NCBI GenBank assembly: GCA_947064765.1
Contig: CAMSWH010000001.1
Span: forward strand, 73 to 64,072
Reading direction: 5' to 3'
DNA: 64,000 nt
DNA from: an uncultured Clostridium sp.
GTDB lineage: Bacteria > Bacillota > Clostridia > TANB77 > CAG-508
Shown: piece after piece, positions 40,918 through 50,972 of the stretch
How the letters are laid out: every line of letters starts with the position of its first letter
Position numbering within the stretch: the first letter of the stretch is position 1
Notes under the pieces: model-generated
The model's input: only the letters and a program-made list of their open reading frames with translations
Database searches by the model: none
Told to the model about the DNA's origin: nothing
Position numbers and translations under genes: made by a program

Positions 40918-41868
40918 TTAATTAATTTCTAATACACTATATATATGCTTAACTGTATTTTCTAAAACTTCCATTGGATAGAAAATTAATTTATAATATT
41001 TTCTTATAAGTTTTTCATCTAACCCATTTCTAAATGTAGGTGGTTCAAATAATTGACCACATCTGTATCTGAAATATAAACAATCATCAACAATTTTAAC
41101 TTCAAAAAAATAGCCACTTATATTTATTATATCTATATACTTTTCAATTAAATCTGCTGTAAAAATTTGCATAGCTGTTACTTTATCTTGTGTATAAAGA
41201 TCATAGTACTTTTCAAATTCTGCCGAATCAACTTCTATTCTATTTTTACTAAATCTTTTAATATTGTTATTACTTGCTATATGTATATCTATTTTACTAT
41301 TCTTATCTAATTTAACAAAACCATACATTCCTCTAAAAGTTTCTGTTCTATTTTCTTTTCTATTTCCATCTGCATCTTTATAAATTTCTACATTATAGCT
41401 TGCAATTTCAGAAGCTTGAATATTACCACCACTTCTTATTTTTCCGTATATTCTATCTTCTGAATAGAATTCATCAAAGCTATTATCAAAATTTGATATT
41501 TTATAATCTACTCTTGATACACCAATTGCTTGATCAAAATTCAAATCTTCATTATACTCTTTTACCAAACTTTCAATAACACATTTTTTATATATAGTTC
41601 TATAATTTTTTCTTGCATTTACTATTAATATAATTAAAATAGCTATTGAAACAGAGATCGTTAGTGTTATCATATATCTTGCCTCTGCTAAAACTATATA
41701 AAGTATCAAATTAATAATTAGCTCAGCTATAAAAACATATAAAATAAATTTATTATTTTTTCTTTTTACTTCATCTAAATGTTCCTTGCTTGTTTTACAT
41801 ACATTTTCATATATTTCTTCAAAACTTTTTTTCATTTTTCTCACTTTTCTTTCATCAATTTTTTTCAT
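40918..41868 (-). CDS. Membrane protein commonly paired with LemA (DUF3137-like)
   Basis: Two N-terminal TM helices plus a soluble domain, immediately downstream of a LemA gene. The terminator hairpin ACAGTAATCTA...TAGATTACTGT follows it. Confidence 0.45.
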   Translation of the reverse strand: MKKIDERKVRKMKKSFEEIYENVCKTSKEHLDEVKRKNNKFILYVFIAELIINLILYIVLAEARYMITLTISVSIAILIILIVNARKNYRTIYKKCVIESLVKEYNEDLNFDQAIGVSRVDYKISNFDNSFDEFYSEDRIYGKIRSGGNIQASEIASYNVEIYKDADGNRKENRTETFRGMYGFVKLDKNSKIDIHIASNNNIKRFSKNRIEVDSAEFEKYYDLYTQDKVTAMQIFTADLIEKYIDIINISGYFFEVKIVDDCLYFRYRCGQLFEPPTFRNGLDEKLIRKYYKLIFYPMEVLENTVKHIYSVLEIN

Positions 41869-41976
41869 TATATAAATTATTTATTAATTTTATCATATTA
41901 CTATATAAGATATCAATTCTAAAAAGAGATTATACTACGATACATAAACAGTATTTTAATATAATCTCTTATTTCT

Positions 41977-42549
41977 TTATAAATCAATATTTATTTTACC
42001 TTTTTTATACTCTTCTATTTCAAATAAAGCTTCTTCTTTAAAGCCAAATATCTTAGCAAAAATGTTATTTGGAAAAGTACTTATTGTTGTATTGTATAAC
42101 GTAATATCTCCATTATATATTCTTCTTGCCGCTTGAAGCTGACTTTCCATCTTTTCTAAACTTTTTTGAAGATTTAAAAATTGTTCATTTGCCTTTAAAT
42201 CTGGGCTATTTTCTGCAACTGATAATATCTTATTAAATTCTGAATTAATTTTAGCACCTTCTGTTAATTCTTTTCTTTCTTGATTATTATAATTTACTCT
42301 CATTTGTACTATATTAGTAAGCACTTTTTCTTCATAATTTGTATATGCTTTCACACATTCTACTAAATTAGGAATTAAATCAAATCTCTGATTTAAATAC
42401 ACTTCAATACTAGATTTTGATTGTCTTATTTTATTTCTTAATCGTATAAATGTATTAAATTCTACAATAAAAAATAATCCTATTGCTATTAGTATTCCCA
42501 TAAATAATACTTCTGGCATATTAGCCTGTTTTATTAGTTCATTTTCCAT
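41977..42549 (-). CDS. lemA: LemA family protein
   Basis: N-terminal TM helix and LemA core (NTFIRLRNKIRQSKSSIEVYLNQRFDLIPNLV). Confidence 0.8.
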   Translation of the reverse strand: MENELIKQANMPEVLFMGILIAIGLFFIVEFNTFIRLRNKIRQSKSSIEVYLNQRFDLIPNLVECVKAYTNYEEKVLTNIVQMRVNYNNQERKELTEGAKINSEFNKILSVAENSPDLKANEQFLNLQKSLEKMESQLQAARRIYNGDITLYNTTISTFPNNIFAKIFGFKEEALFEIEEYKKGKINIDL

Positions 42550-42569
42550 TTTTTACATAATCCTCTTAA

Positions 42570-43481
42570 CTAATTCATCTCTACTGTTCCAATAATAGAT
42601 TTTATATCCTCAATATTATGTTTTCTCATATAGTTTTCTATTCCTTCTATAGTTTTTATACTTGTTTCAGGATCCACAAAATTACCTGATCCTATTGATA
42701 CTGCTGTTGCTCCTGCAAGCATATATTCTATAGCATCATCACCATTTATAATTCCACCCATTCCTAAAATTGGAATATTTATTGCTTTTGACATTTGATA
42801 TACCATTCTAACACCTACTGATCTTATTCCAGGTCCAGAATATCCACCAGTATTATTTGCTAAAACTGGTCTTCTTTTATCTATATCTATTTTCATTCCT
42901 AATAATGTGTTTATTCCAGAAACTCCATCTGCACCACCATCTTCTGCACCTTTTGCTGGAGCTGTTATATCTGTTACATTTGGTGTTAATTTTACTATTA
43001 ATGGCTTGTCTGTTAAAACTTTTCTTACTTCTGAAGTTACAGCTTTTACACCCTCATAGGATGTTCCAAATGCTAAACATCCTTCTTTAACATTTGGACA
43101 AGAAAGATTTATTTCTACTCCATCTATATCTAGTGTATTTAAAACTTTACAAACTTCTACATATTCCTCAACAGTATGACCTATAGCATTTACTATTATT
43201 TTTGTATCAAACTTTCTAAGCCATGGTAAATCATTTTGTATAAAATACTCAATACCAGGATTTTGTAATCCGATACTATTTAACATTCCACCTGGAACTT
43301 CACAAATTCTAGGTGCTGGATTACCTGTCCATGGTTTTATAGCAGTTCCTTTTGTTACTATTCCACCTAATTTATTTAAGTCTATATAGTCTGCGAATTC
43401 TCTACCATATCCAAATGTACCTGATGCAACAGTTACTGGATTTTTCATTTTAATTCCACATAAATCTACTTCTGTATTCAT
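42570..43481 (-). CDS. pyrD: Dihydroorotate dehydrogenase, catalytic subunit (class 1B)
   Basis: MNTEVDLCGIKMKNPVTVASGTFGYG... with FMN-binding GGI..G motifs. Confidence 0.95.
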   Translation of the reverse strand: MNTEVDLCGIKMKNPVTVASGTFGYGREFADYIDLNKLGGIVTKGTAIKPWTGNPAPRICEVPGGMLNSIGLQNPGIEYFIQNDLPWLRKFDTKIIVNAIGHTVEEYVEVCKVLNTLDIDGVEINLSCPNVKEGCLAFGTSYEGVKAVTSEVRKVLTDKPLIVKLTPNVTDITAPAKGAEDGGADGVSGINTLLGMKIDIDKRRPVLANNTGGYSGPGIRSVGVRMVYQMSKAINIPILGMGGIINGDDAIEYMLAGATAVSIGSGNFVDPETSIKTIEGIENYMRKHNIEDIKSIIGTVEMN

Positions 43482-43509
43482 ATTTTCCCCCTTATATATT
43501 TTCTTTATT

Positions 43510-44289
43510 TTAAATTTCTACATCTGATGCATTAAACACTGGACCATCTTTACAAACATGTCCATATCTTGTATCTTCAGCTGTTTTTATTTTAACTGCA
43601 CATCCTAAACAAGCTCCTATTCCACATCCCATTCTTTCTTCTAAAGAAATTTGGCAAGGAATATTATTTTCTATTGCATAATTTCTTACTGCTTTAAGCA
43701 TTGGAAGTGGACCACAAGCAAATATCATATCTACATTATGTTCTTCTATATCTTTTTTCATAAAATCAATTGCAAAACCTTTTTCTTTGTAACTTCCATC
43801 ATCTGTTGTAACAACTAATTTATTTAATCCTATTTCTTCAAATTCTTTTTCACATGTAACTAATGATTTATCTCTAAATCCTAAATAAACGTTTAAATTT
43901 GCTTTTCCCTTTAATTCTTTTGCAAGTTCATATAGTGGATATGTACCAATTCCACCACCAATTATAGCTACATTATTATATTCTTGAACTTTAAATGTTC
44001 CTTTTCCAAGAGGTCCCATTATATCAATTAATTTTCCTACTTCTACTTGTGCAAGAAGCTGTGTTCCTCTTCCCTTTACTTGAAAAATAAACTCTACAAT
44101 ATCGCTATCAATATTAAAAATACTTATTGGTCTTCTTAAATAAGGTTCTCCTGTTTCAGAAACTTTTATTTCTAAAAATTGCCCTGCCTTTGCTTCCTTT
44201 GCAATCTCTGGTGCTTTTACAGAAAATTTATAAATTCCTTCTATAAGTTTTTCCTTTTTTAATAATTCACACTTCACTTTTACTCCCAT
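43510..44289 (-). CDS. pyrK: Dihydroorotate dehydrogenase electron-transfer subunit
   Basis: FAD/NAD-binding (RPISI, GGIG) and a C-terminal 2Fe-2S Cys cluster (CGIGACLGC). Confidence 0.9.
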   Translation of the reverse strand: MGVKVKCELLKKEKLIEGIYKFSVKAPEIAKEAKAGQFLEIKVSETGEPYLRRPISIFNIDSDIVEFIFQVKGRGTQLLAQVEVGKLIDIMGPLGKGTFKVQEYNNVAIIGGGIGTYPLYELAKELKGKANLNVYLGFRDKSLVTCEKEFEEIGLNKLVVTTDDGSYKEKGFAIDFMKKDIEEHNVDMIFACGPLPMLKAVRNYAIENNIPCQISLEERMGCGIGACLGCAVKIKTAEDTRYGHVCKDGPVFNASDVEI

Positions 44290-44359
44290 GCTTCCTCCCT
44301 TTATTTACTTTACATGTTATATAGCTAAGCTACAACTACAAGAAAGTTTTATATTAATA

Positions 44360-44860
44360 TTATTTTAATAAATTTTTATAATCTTGTTCATATTTTCCAT
44401 AACCTAAATACTTTTTTTCATCATTAAATGATGCTGTTTTCTTTCTATTGTAAGGTTCTTCAGGAACTTCTGTCAATGTTTCAAAAAATATTTGAGCTAT
44501 TTTAAAATCTGTTTCTAATTTTATTTCTTTATTACTTAAATTACATACTCTTAAAAACACATATGTTTTATGCCCTGGTTGATATACTGGTCCAGAAACA
44601 AATAATCCTAATCTTAATAAAGAATTTTTTTCTCCGATTTTACCAATTAAATTTTCTGGTACTTTTATTTCTTCATTTGTTTTAATCATCACAAATTCTT
44701 GTGGTTTTAATATATATTCTTTTAATTCTTCATCATTAACAATAATATCACTAATTGTTAAATCATATGAAACGCATCCTAAATTTTCTGGTTTATAATT
44801 TGAAACAATTAACATATTATTATCAATTAATTCTCTCATATTTTTATCAACTAATATCAT
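44360..44860 (-). CDS. dCTP deaminase / dUTPase-fold protein
   Basis: MILVDKNMRELIDNN...VSYDLTISD resembles the Dcd N-terminus and core (SVDLRLG-like); 166 aa. Confidence 0.5.
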   Translation of the reverse strand: MILVDKNMRELIDNNMLIVSNYKPENLGCVSYDLTISDIIVNDEELKEYILKPQEFVMIKTNEEIKVPENLIGKIGEKNSLLRLGLFVSGPVYQPGHKTYVFLRVCNLSNKEIKLETDFKIAQIFFETLTEVPEEPYNRKKTASFNDEKKYLGYGKYEQDYKNLLK

Positions 44861-44876
44861 TTTTTACCTCTATATT

Positions 44877-45698
44877 TTAAAAAAATTCTACACTATATTG
44901 TGCCTCAAACTTTTGATTTGGTTTAAGTTCAATTAAATCTTCTTTTTCTTCAAATATTCCATTCGAAGAAACTTTATCAGCTGTGTTAAACCATGGTTCT
45001 ATACATATAAATGGTGCATCTGCTTTTGACCAAATTGCTAAATATGGAAAACCTTTAAAATGAAAAGTTAAAACTTTTTTATTAGTTTCTGTTTTTAAAA
45101 ACACCTTCTCTGATTTTATATTTTTCATAATTATAGCATCTTTTTCAAAAGTTTTATTATCTAAAAATATTCTATTTTCTTTAACAAATTTATTTGTCTT
45201 TTCTGGTTTATCTTTTAATAATCCACCTTCTAACTGATATATTTCAATTTCATCTTCAATTTTTTCAAATTCTATTCTATATTTTCCACTTGTATATTCA
45301 CATGAAAAAGCTGGATGTCCACCTAAACCAAATATCATTAATCTATCACTTTTATTAACTACTTTATATTTAGTTGTTACTTTATTTTCGCTTACTTCAT
45401 AATTAATATAAAGTTCAAAATCAAAAGGAAATCTCTTTAGAGTTTCTTCATTAGATTTAAGAACATATGAATTTTCTCCAATTTCTTCAAAATCCATATC
45501 TCTAGCAAATCCATGTTGTCCCATTTCATAAGTATTATTTTCAATAATAGTTTTCCCTTCTTTTAGTTTTCCAACTATTGGAAATAATACTGGACTATTT
45601 CTATTCCAAAAGCTCTTTCCATCATGCATTTTCTCAAATCCATCTAATTTTATAGAAATAAGTTCTGCTCCTTTTTTTATTGTCTTAATTTCTAACAT
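44877..45698 (-). CDS. Aldose 1-epimerase (galactose mutarotase-like) family protein
   Basis: HGFARDMDFEE and overall mutarotase-like motifs; 273 aa. Confidence 0.6.
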   Translation of the reverse strand: MLEIKTIKKGAELISIKLDGFEKMHDGKSFWNRNSPVLFPIVGKLKEGKTIIENNTYEMGQHGFARDMDFEEIGENSYVLKSNEETLKRFPFDFELYINYEVSENKVTTKYKVVNKSDRLMIFGLGGHPAFSCEYTSGKYRIEFEKIEDEIEIYQLEGGLLKDKPEKTNKFVKENRIFLDNKTFEKDAIIMKNIKSEKVFLKTETNKKVLTFHFKGFPYLAIWSKADAPFICIEPWFNTADKVSSNGIFEEKEDLIELKPNQKFEAQYSVEFF

Positions 45699-46099
45699 TA
45701 TTTATTATTCTCCTTTATTACAAGTTCTTTGTATCCTGTAGATTCGTCAAATTCTCTTGAAAATTCATATTCATCAAATTCAGCTAAAACTATTTCTGCA
45801 GTTACATTTACTAAGCAATTATCTTTTAAATGTCCACCTATTGTTTGTAGATTAATATCAGATAAACTTATATGTATATGGCATCCATCCATAGATAAAG
45901 TACCTGTTGCTGATACTATTTCATGATCCTCATTAATAGTTTTTACTGTTTTGCCATCAGCAGTTCTTAAACAAACTTGATATAAACAACCTACTGCTGA
46001 CAAAATTACTCCTGATTTTATCTTTTTATCTACAACATACTGTTCTATACTCTTCTTTAAATCCATTCCCTTTGTTAATCTAAATGCATGAATCTTCAT
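45698..46099 (-). CDS. PPC (DUF296) domain protein
   Basis: MKIHAFRLTKGMDLKKSIEQYV... is a PPC-domain signature. An AAGGAG RBS lies before the internal MKIHAF start. Confidence 0.55.
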   Translation of the reverse strand: MKIHAFRLTKGMDLKKSIEQYVVDKKIKSGVILSAVGCLYQVCLRTADGKTVKTINEDHEIVSATGTLSMDGCHIHISLSDINLQTIGGHLKDNCLVNVTAEIVLAEFDEYEFSREFDESTGYKELVIKENNK

Positions 46100-46209
46100 T
46101 ATTTTTCTTCTCCTTTTGATTATTATAGAATATTTTGTATCATACATATTTTAATTATTTTACTGTCTCCATTTTAAATTAGAAACATATTATTTGACTC
46201 TTAATTTAA

Positions 46210-47136
46210 TTATTTTATTGCTTGATTTAATTCATCTCTCATACGAATTGCCTCTGCTCTTGTTGCTTTTGCATATTCTTCTTCTTTAAATTTATCTTTC
46301 CATAAATCAGATTTATAAGCACACATTAAACTTCTTGTTGCATTTACTATTCCACCTAATCCATTTTTATCAAATCCTAAAGCAATATCTTCTGCTTTTC
46401 CACCTTGTGCTCCATAACCAGGAATTAAGAAATATGCATTTGGCATTATTTCTCTTAATTCTTTTAATTGTTTTGGATAAGTAGCACCAACAACAGCAGA
46501 TACTGAACTATATCCATATTCTCCCACAAGTTCTTCTCCCCATGTATTTACAAGTTTTGCAACCTTTTTATAAATTTCTTCTCCATCTTCTGCTTTTACA
46601 TCTTGAATCTCCCCAGAAGATTTATTTGAAGTTTTTACAAGTACAAAAATTCCTTTATCATATTTTTTGCAATCTTCTACAAATGGATTTACACAATCTG
46701 ATCCCATATATGGATTTACAGTTGCAAAATCAACATCAAATACTGGTTCTTCTTTTTCATCTATCATATTTTTTCCCAAATATGCTTTTGAATATCCAGC
46801 AGAAGTAGAGCCTATATCCCCTCTTTTTACATCTGCCATTACAACCATACCTTTTGATTTACAATAATCAATCATTTCTTTATAAAGTTTTATTCCTTCT
46901 ATTCCATACATTTCAAAGTATGCACTTTGCAATTTTACAGCTGGTACAATATCATAAGTAGCATCTATTAAAGCTTTACTATATTCAAGCATACTACTAC
47001 ACATTCCATTAATATCTGTACTGTATTTATTTCTAACACAAGCAGGTACCATATCATATCTTGTGTCCACTCCAATAACTGTAGGGTTATTAGTTTCTTT
47101 TATTTTATCTATTAATATATCAATTGCATTTTTCAT
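46210..47136 (-). CDS. pyrF: Orotidine 5'-phosphate decarboxylase, type 2 (long form)
   Basis: 308 aa; PTVIGVDTRYDMVP and the DVKRGDIGST lysine motif. Confidence 0.85.
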   Translation of the reverse strand: MKNAIDILIDKIKETNNPTVIGVDTRYDMVPACVRNKYSTDINGMCSSMLEYSKALIDATYDIVPAVKLQSAYFEMYGIEGIKLYKEMIDYCKSKGMVVMADVKRGDIGSTSAGYSKAYLGKNMIDEKEEPVFDVDFATVNPYMGSDCVNPFVEDCKKYDKGIFVLVKTSNKSSGEIQDVKAEDGEEIYKKVAKLVNTWGEELVGEYGYSSVSAVVGATYPKQLKELREIMPNAYFLIPGYGAQGGKAEDIALGFDKNGLGGIVNATRSLMCAYKSDLWKDKFKEEEYAKATRAEAIRMRDELNQAIK

Positions 47137-47271
47137 TTCTTATCTCCTTATATAATAAATTTTCAATCAATTATATAGTAAATTAACATATTACATAAAT
47201 GATTATTTATGTAACATCTGTCCTCAAATGGACACAAAAATGTCCTTTAACAAACGTCCCTAAAAAAGTCA

Positions 47272-48543
47272 TTATCTTTCATATACTACTCTTCCTGATA
47301 CTATTGTATATCTTACTTGTCCTTTTAATTTTTTATTTATCCATGGTGTATTTTTTGATTTTGATACTATATTTTCTTTCAAGTATACATACTCTCTATT
47401 TGGATCAAATATTGTTAAGTCTGCCACTTTTCCTTCTTTTATTTCTCCTCTATCAATTCCTAATAATTTTGATGGATTATATGACATCACTCTTACCATA
47501 TCTAAATAAGATATTAATCCTGGATCGACTAAATTTGTGATTGTTGCTCCTAGTGCTGTTTCAAATCCTATTATCCCATTTGGAGCAGAAGCTAAACCTC
47601 TTGCTTTTTCTTCTTCTGCATGTGGTGCATGATCTGTTATTATTGCGTCTATTGTTCCATCTTTTATTCCTGCTATTATTGCTTGTCTATCTTTTTCTTC
47701 TCTTAAAGGAGGATTCATTTTTGCATTTACACCTGATTCTAATACTTCTTCTACTGTAAAACTATAATAATGTGGACAAGTTTCACATGTTACTTCTACT
47801 CCTCTTTGCTTTGCACTTCTTATCATATCTACTGATGTTTTTGTACTTATATGACATATATGAGTATGTAAATTATTTGTTTCTGCAATTACTATATCTC
47901 TTGATGCCATTATTTCTTCCGCTTCTGGTAGAACACCTTGAACTCCTAGTTTATCTGCTATAGGTCCTGCATTGATTGCTCCTGCTGATACTGATTTTTC
48001 TTCACAATGTTCTGAAATAAAACTTCCAAGTTTATTTACTTCTAGCATTGCTTCTCTTATCATACTTGCATTTTCAATTGGCATACCATCATCTGAAAAA
48101 GCAATAGCTCCTGCATCTAATTGTGCTTTAAAATCTACTAATTCTTGTCCTTTTTCTCCTTTTGTTACACTTGAAAATGGAAGTACATTACATAAATTTA
48201 CTCTTTTTGCTTCTTGAATTATTTTTTCCAAAACAATAGCGCTATCTGGTGTTGGATTTGTATTTGGCATAGGACAAATAGTAGTAAATCCACCAGCAAC
48301 AGCGCTTTTTGAACCTGTTTCTATAGTTTCTTTATGTTCTCCTCCTGGTTCTCTTAGATGACAATGCATGTCAACCATACCTGGCATAATATAAAGCCCT
48401 GTACAATCAACAACTTTATCTGCTGATACTTCAATATTTTCAGCAATTTTAGAAATTTTATCATTTTCAATTAATATGTCTAATTTTTTTTGTGTATTAC
48501 TTGCGTAATCAATTACAGTTCCGTTTTTTAATAGTGTGTTCAT
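47272..48543 (-). CDS. pyrC: Dihydroorotase
   Basis: MPGMVDMHCHLREPG metal-binding motif; 423 aa; amidohydrolase fold. Confidence 0.95.
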   Translation of the reverse strand: MNTLLKNGTVIDYASNTQKKLDILIENDKISKIAENIEVSADKVVDCTGLYIMPGMVDMHCHLREPGGEHKETIETGSKSAVAGGFTTICPMPNTNPTPDSAIVLEKIIQEAKRVNLCNVLPFSSVTKGEKGQELVDFKAQLDAGAIAFSDDGMPIENASMIREAMLEVNKLGSFISEHCEEKSVSAGAINAGPIADKLGVQGVLPEAEEIMASRDIVIAETNNLHTHICHISTKTSVDMIRSAKQRGVEVTCETCPHYYSFTVEEVLESGVNAKMNPPLREEKDRQAIIAGIKDGTIDAIITDHAPHAEEEKARGLASAPNGIIGFETALGATITNLVDPGLISYLDMVRVMSYNPSKLLGIDRGEIKEGKVADLTIFDPNREYVYLKENIVSKSKNTPWINKKLKGQVRYTIVSGRVVYER

Positions 48544-48789
48544 TTTCTACCTCCTACATAATTTTCAACATTTTATCATTTTTGTTTTCATTTTTCAATA
48601 CAAATTACCACAATTAATCAATAGTATTCTATAAATAAAAATCATAATTATATTATTACTTTTTATAGATAATTAATCTCATTTGTAATTTTATGTAAAG
48701 TATGCTATAATATAAATGAACTAACGGTCTTTGACCATTATTTGAAATCCAATATAAAATATTATACATAATGAAAGGAGTTTTTTACC

Positions 48790-49008
48790 ATGTTTGAATC
48801 AATCAAAGGTATAAAAAAACTTGAAGCTATCAATCTTGGATCAGAGTCACATTTCGACTCAACTAAAAACACTTATGTGCTGCATGTACTGGCAAACAGT
48901 CTAAAGGACGTAAAAATCCCCGCAGACTACACCCTCCTTGGTGGCGAAGTTTACACAAAAGATTTTGAAACCAAAATCTGCTGTGTGCAACTTCCTCCTA
49001 TGTGTTAA
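48790..49008 (+). CDS. Small hypothetical protein (72 aa) with a Cys-rich C-terminus, standalone GC-elevated transcription unit
   Basis: Its own promoter (TTGTAA, 17 nt, TATAAT), an AAAGGAG RBS and the terminator GATATAGTGGG...CCCACTATATC plus a T-tract (49059-49097). It ends ...KICCVQLPPMC. Confidence 0.5.
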   Translation: MFESIKGIKKLEAINLGSESHFDSTKNTYVLHVLANSLKDVKIPADYTLLGGEVYTKDFETKICCVQLPPMC

Positions 49009-49240
49009 AAGGAATATATAATTCAAAACAGAGTATATCAGCAGATAAAAGTAAAAGGATATAGTGGGAGTAATTGGAGCCCACTATATCTTTTTTTCAT
49101 TGACTTTTTATTTTTTTTACTATATTATATATTAAATTAATTTTATATAATATTTATATTATAATTGTATAAAATGAAAAGTTTTTTAACTTTTTATTTT
49201 ACTAAAAACAACTTATTAATATAAATTTTGGAGGTTTAAA

Positions 49241-50116
49241 ATGAGTAAATTAATGTCATTATTATTTGAAACAAATGCATTTAACGTAGCACCAGAAAAC
49301 AGTCCATTCTGGTATACATCTGGAAAAATTGGACCATATTTTATAAATGCTGATTATCTTTATGGTAGTAGCGAAAATTCAAAATCACTTTTAGATTTCA
49401 TAGACAATGAACTTGCAAATTCAGATAAAAAAGACGTTCCAAATCACGTTTTTAAAGAAGTTTTAGCACATTATAATTCTAATGAAATCTACAAATTTGT
49501 TATTGATTCTATGGTAAATTATATTAAAGAAAATATAGATTTAAATTCTGTTGATTATATTTCTGGTGGAGAAAGAAGAGATTGGTATTTTTCAAACTTA
49601 ATCGCATATCTTTTAAATAAACCTCATATAACTATATATAAAGACTTAACAACTATAGTTAGCAACAGTGATTTTTCAGAATCTGATTATATTTCAAAAT
49701 TGGAAAATAAAAATCTTTTACATATTGCTGATCTTTTAAATCAATCTGTAAGTTTTACAAGAAACTGGATTCCAGCTGTTGATGCTTTAGGTTCTTCAAT
49801 AAAATATGCATTATTCGCAATAGATAGAATGGATGGTGGAACAGCAGTATTAGAAGATTGCAATGTAGAAGTTTACTCTTTACTAAAAATAAATGATGAA
49901 TTATTAACTCAAGCATTTGAATTAGGATTTATTAGTAAAGAACAATTAGAAGTAGTTAGAAACTTCAAAAAAGATCCTATGAATTCAATGAAACAATTTT
50001 TAATCAGCCATCCTGAGTTTATTGAAAATGCAAAAAAATCTGATAACAAAAAAACTCAAGACAGAGTTAAAATATTAATTGAACAAGATATATATGGATT
50101 AAATTCTAGTAACTAA
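49241..50116 (+). CDS. Orotate phosphoribosyltransferase-like protein, divergent (291 aa)
   Basis: The N-terminus NAFNVAPENSPFWYTSGKIGPYFINADYL matches the PyrE pattern FGEFTLKSGRKSPYFFNAG. The PRPP-binding loop is degenerate (LLHIADLLNQSVS). The terminator hairpin AAAAGCACTCA...TGAGTGCTTTTTTT follows it. Confidence 0.45.
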   Translation: MSKLMSLLFETNAFNVAPENSPFWYTSGKIGPYFINADYLYGSSENSKSLLDFIDNELANSDKKDVPNHVFKEVLAHYNSNEIYKFVIDSMVNYIKENIDLNSVDYISGGERRDWYFSNLIAYLLNKPHITIYKDLTTIVSNSDFSESDYISKLENKNLLHIADLLNQSVSFTRNWIPAVDALGSSIKYALFAIDRMDGGTAVLEDCNVEVYSLLKINDELLTQAFELGFISKEQLEVVRNFKKDPMNSMKQFLISHPEFIENAKKSDNKKTQDRVKILIEQDIYGLNSSN

Positions 50117-50282
50117 AATATTTATAAAATTTGAATATAAAAAGCACTCAATTTATATGAGTGCTTTTTTTCTAAAAATAAAACAGTCTTTTATGATAAT
50201 TTTCATAACGTCTAACGTCTTAAAAAAAATAAAAAAATCTAAATTTCTTTTTATTTAGCAATTTAGATTTTTTATTTTAATT

Positions 50283-50796
50283 TTATACTTCTGGTCTCAT
50301 AATTAGTTCACCAAGTTGTTCTTCATCTCCATATTTATCAACAAAATATATTAAATATTTATCCTCTACTTTCTTTAATTTGAATATTTTTGTTCCATTT
50401 CCTTCAGATCCATTTTCTTTTAATGTACTTGTTGCAATATCACTGTTTAAAGCATCTGGATTTATAAAATATTGGTCTTGTACTGGATTATTTTTTATGT
50501 CTTTTAATTGTTCGATATAGTTACTATCTAAAAGGTATTGCATTACTGCATCTCCGAGTATATATTTCATCAATATTTTTTTGATTTTCTTGTGCATATT
50601 TATTGTCTAATACATATTTACCTTTTACGATATTATTCAAAGTATCTACAATTTCTGTTTTGTTAAACTCTGTATCCTCTTCTGCATATTGATTTATAAA
50701 CTTTAAAGCTACAAATATTATAACTCCTACTATTACTAATATTATTGCAATAGTTATAACAAATGATACTACAGAAAAACCATCTTCTCTTTTCAT
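50283..50796 (-). pseudogene. Membrane-anchored hypothetical gene interrupted by a frameshift at an A7 (T7 on plus strand) homopolymer
   Basis: ORFs 50524-50796 and 50283-50597 overlap by 74 nt in different frames. Removing one A from the AAAAAAA run at about 50576-50582 fuses them into one ORF of about 171 aa. Confidence 0.5.
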
Positions 50797-50972
50797 AATT
50801 GCTACGTACTCCTTTAATTTCTCCTGTATATTACTTTTTGATTATACCTTTTTTTTCATATTTTTTCAATATTATTTTTTTATTTGTAATATTTATTTAT
50901 ATTTTTTACAAATTTTATGCATAATATCTGTATTTTCAGACATACTTTTTTATTTTTTTAATATAAAATAGA

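Noticed and set aside
47199-48217. Leu-rich plus-strand ORFs opposite pyrC
   Set aside because: They are antisense shadows of GAA/AAG-rich pyrC codons. pyrC homology is unambiguous.
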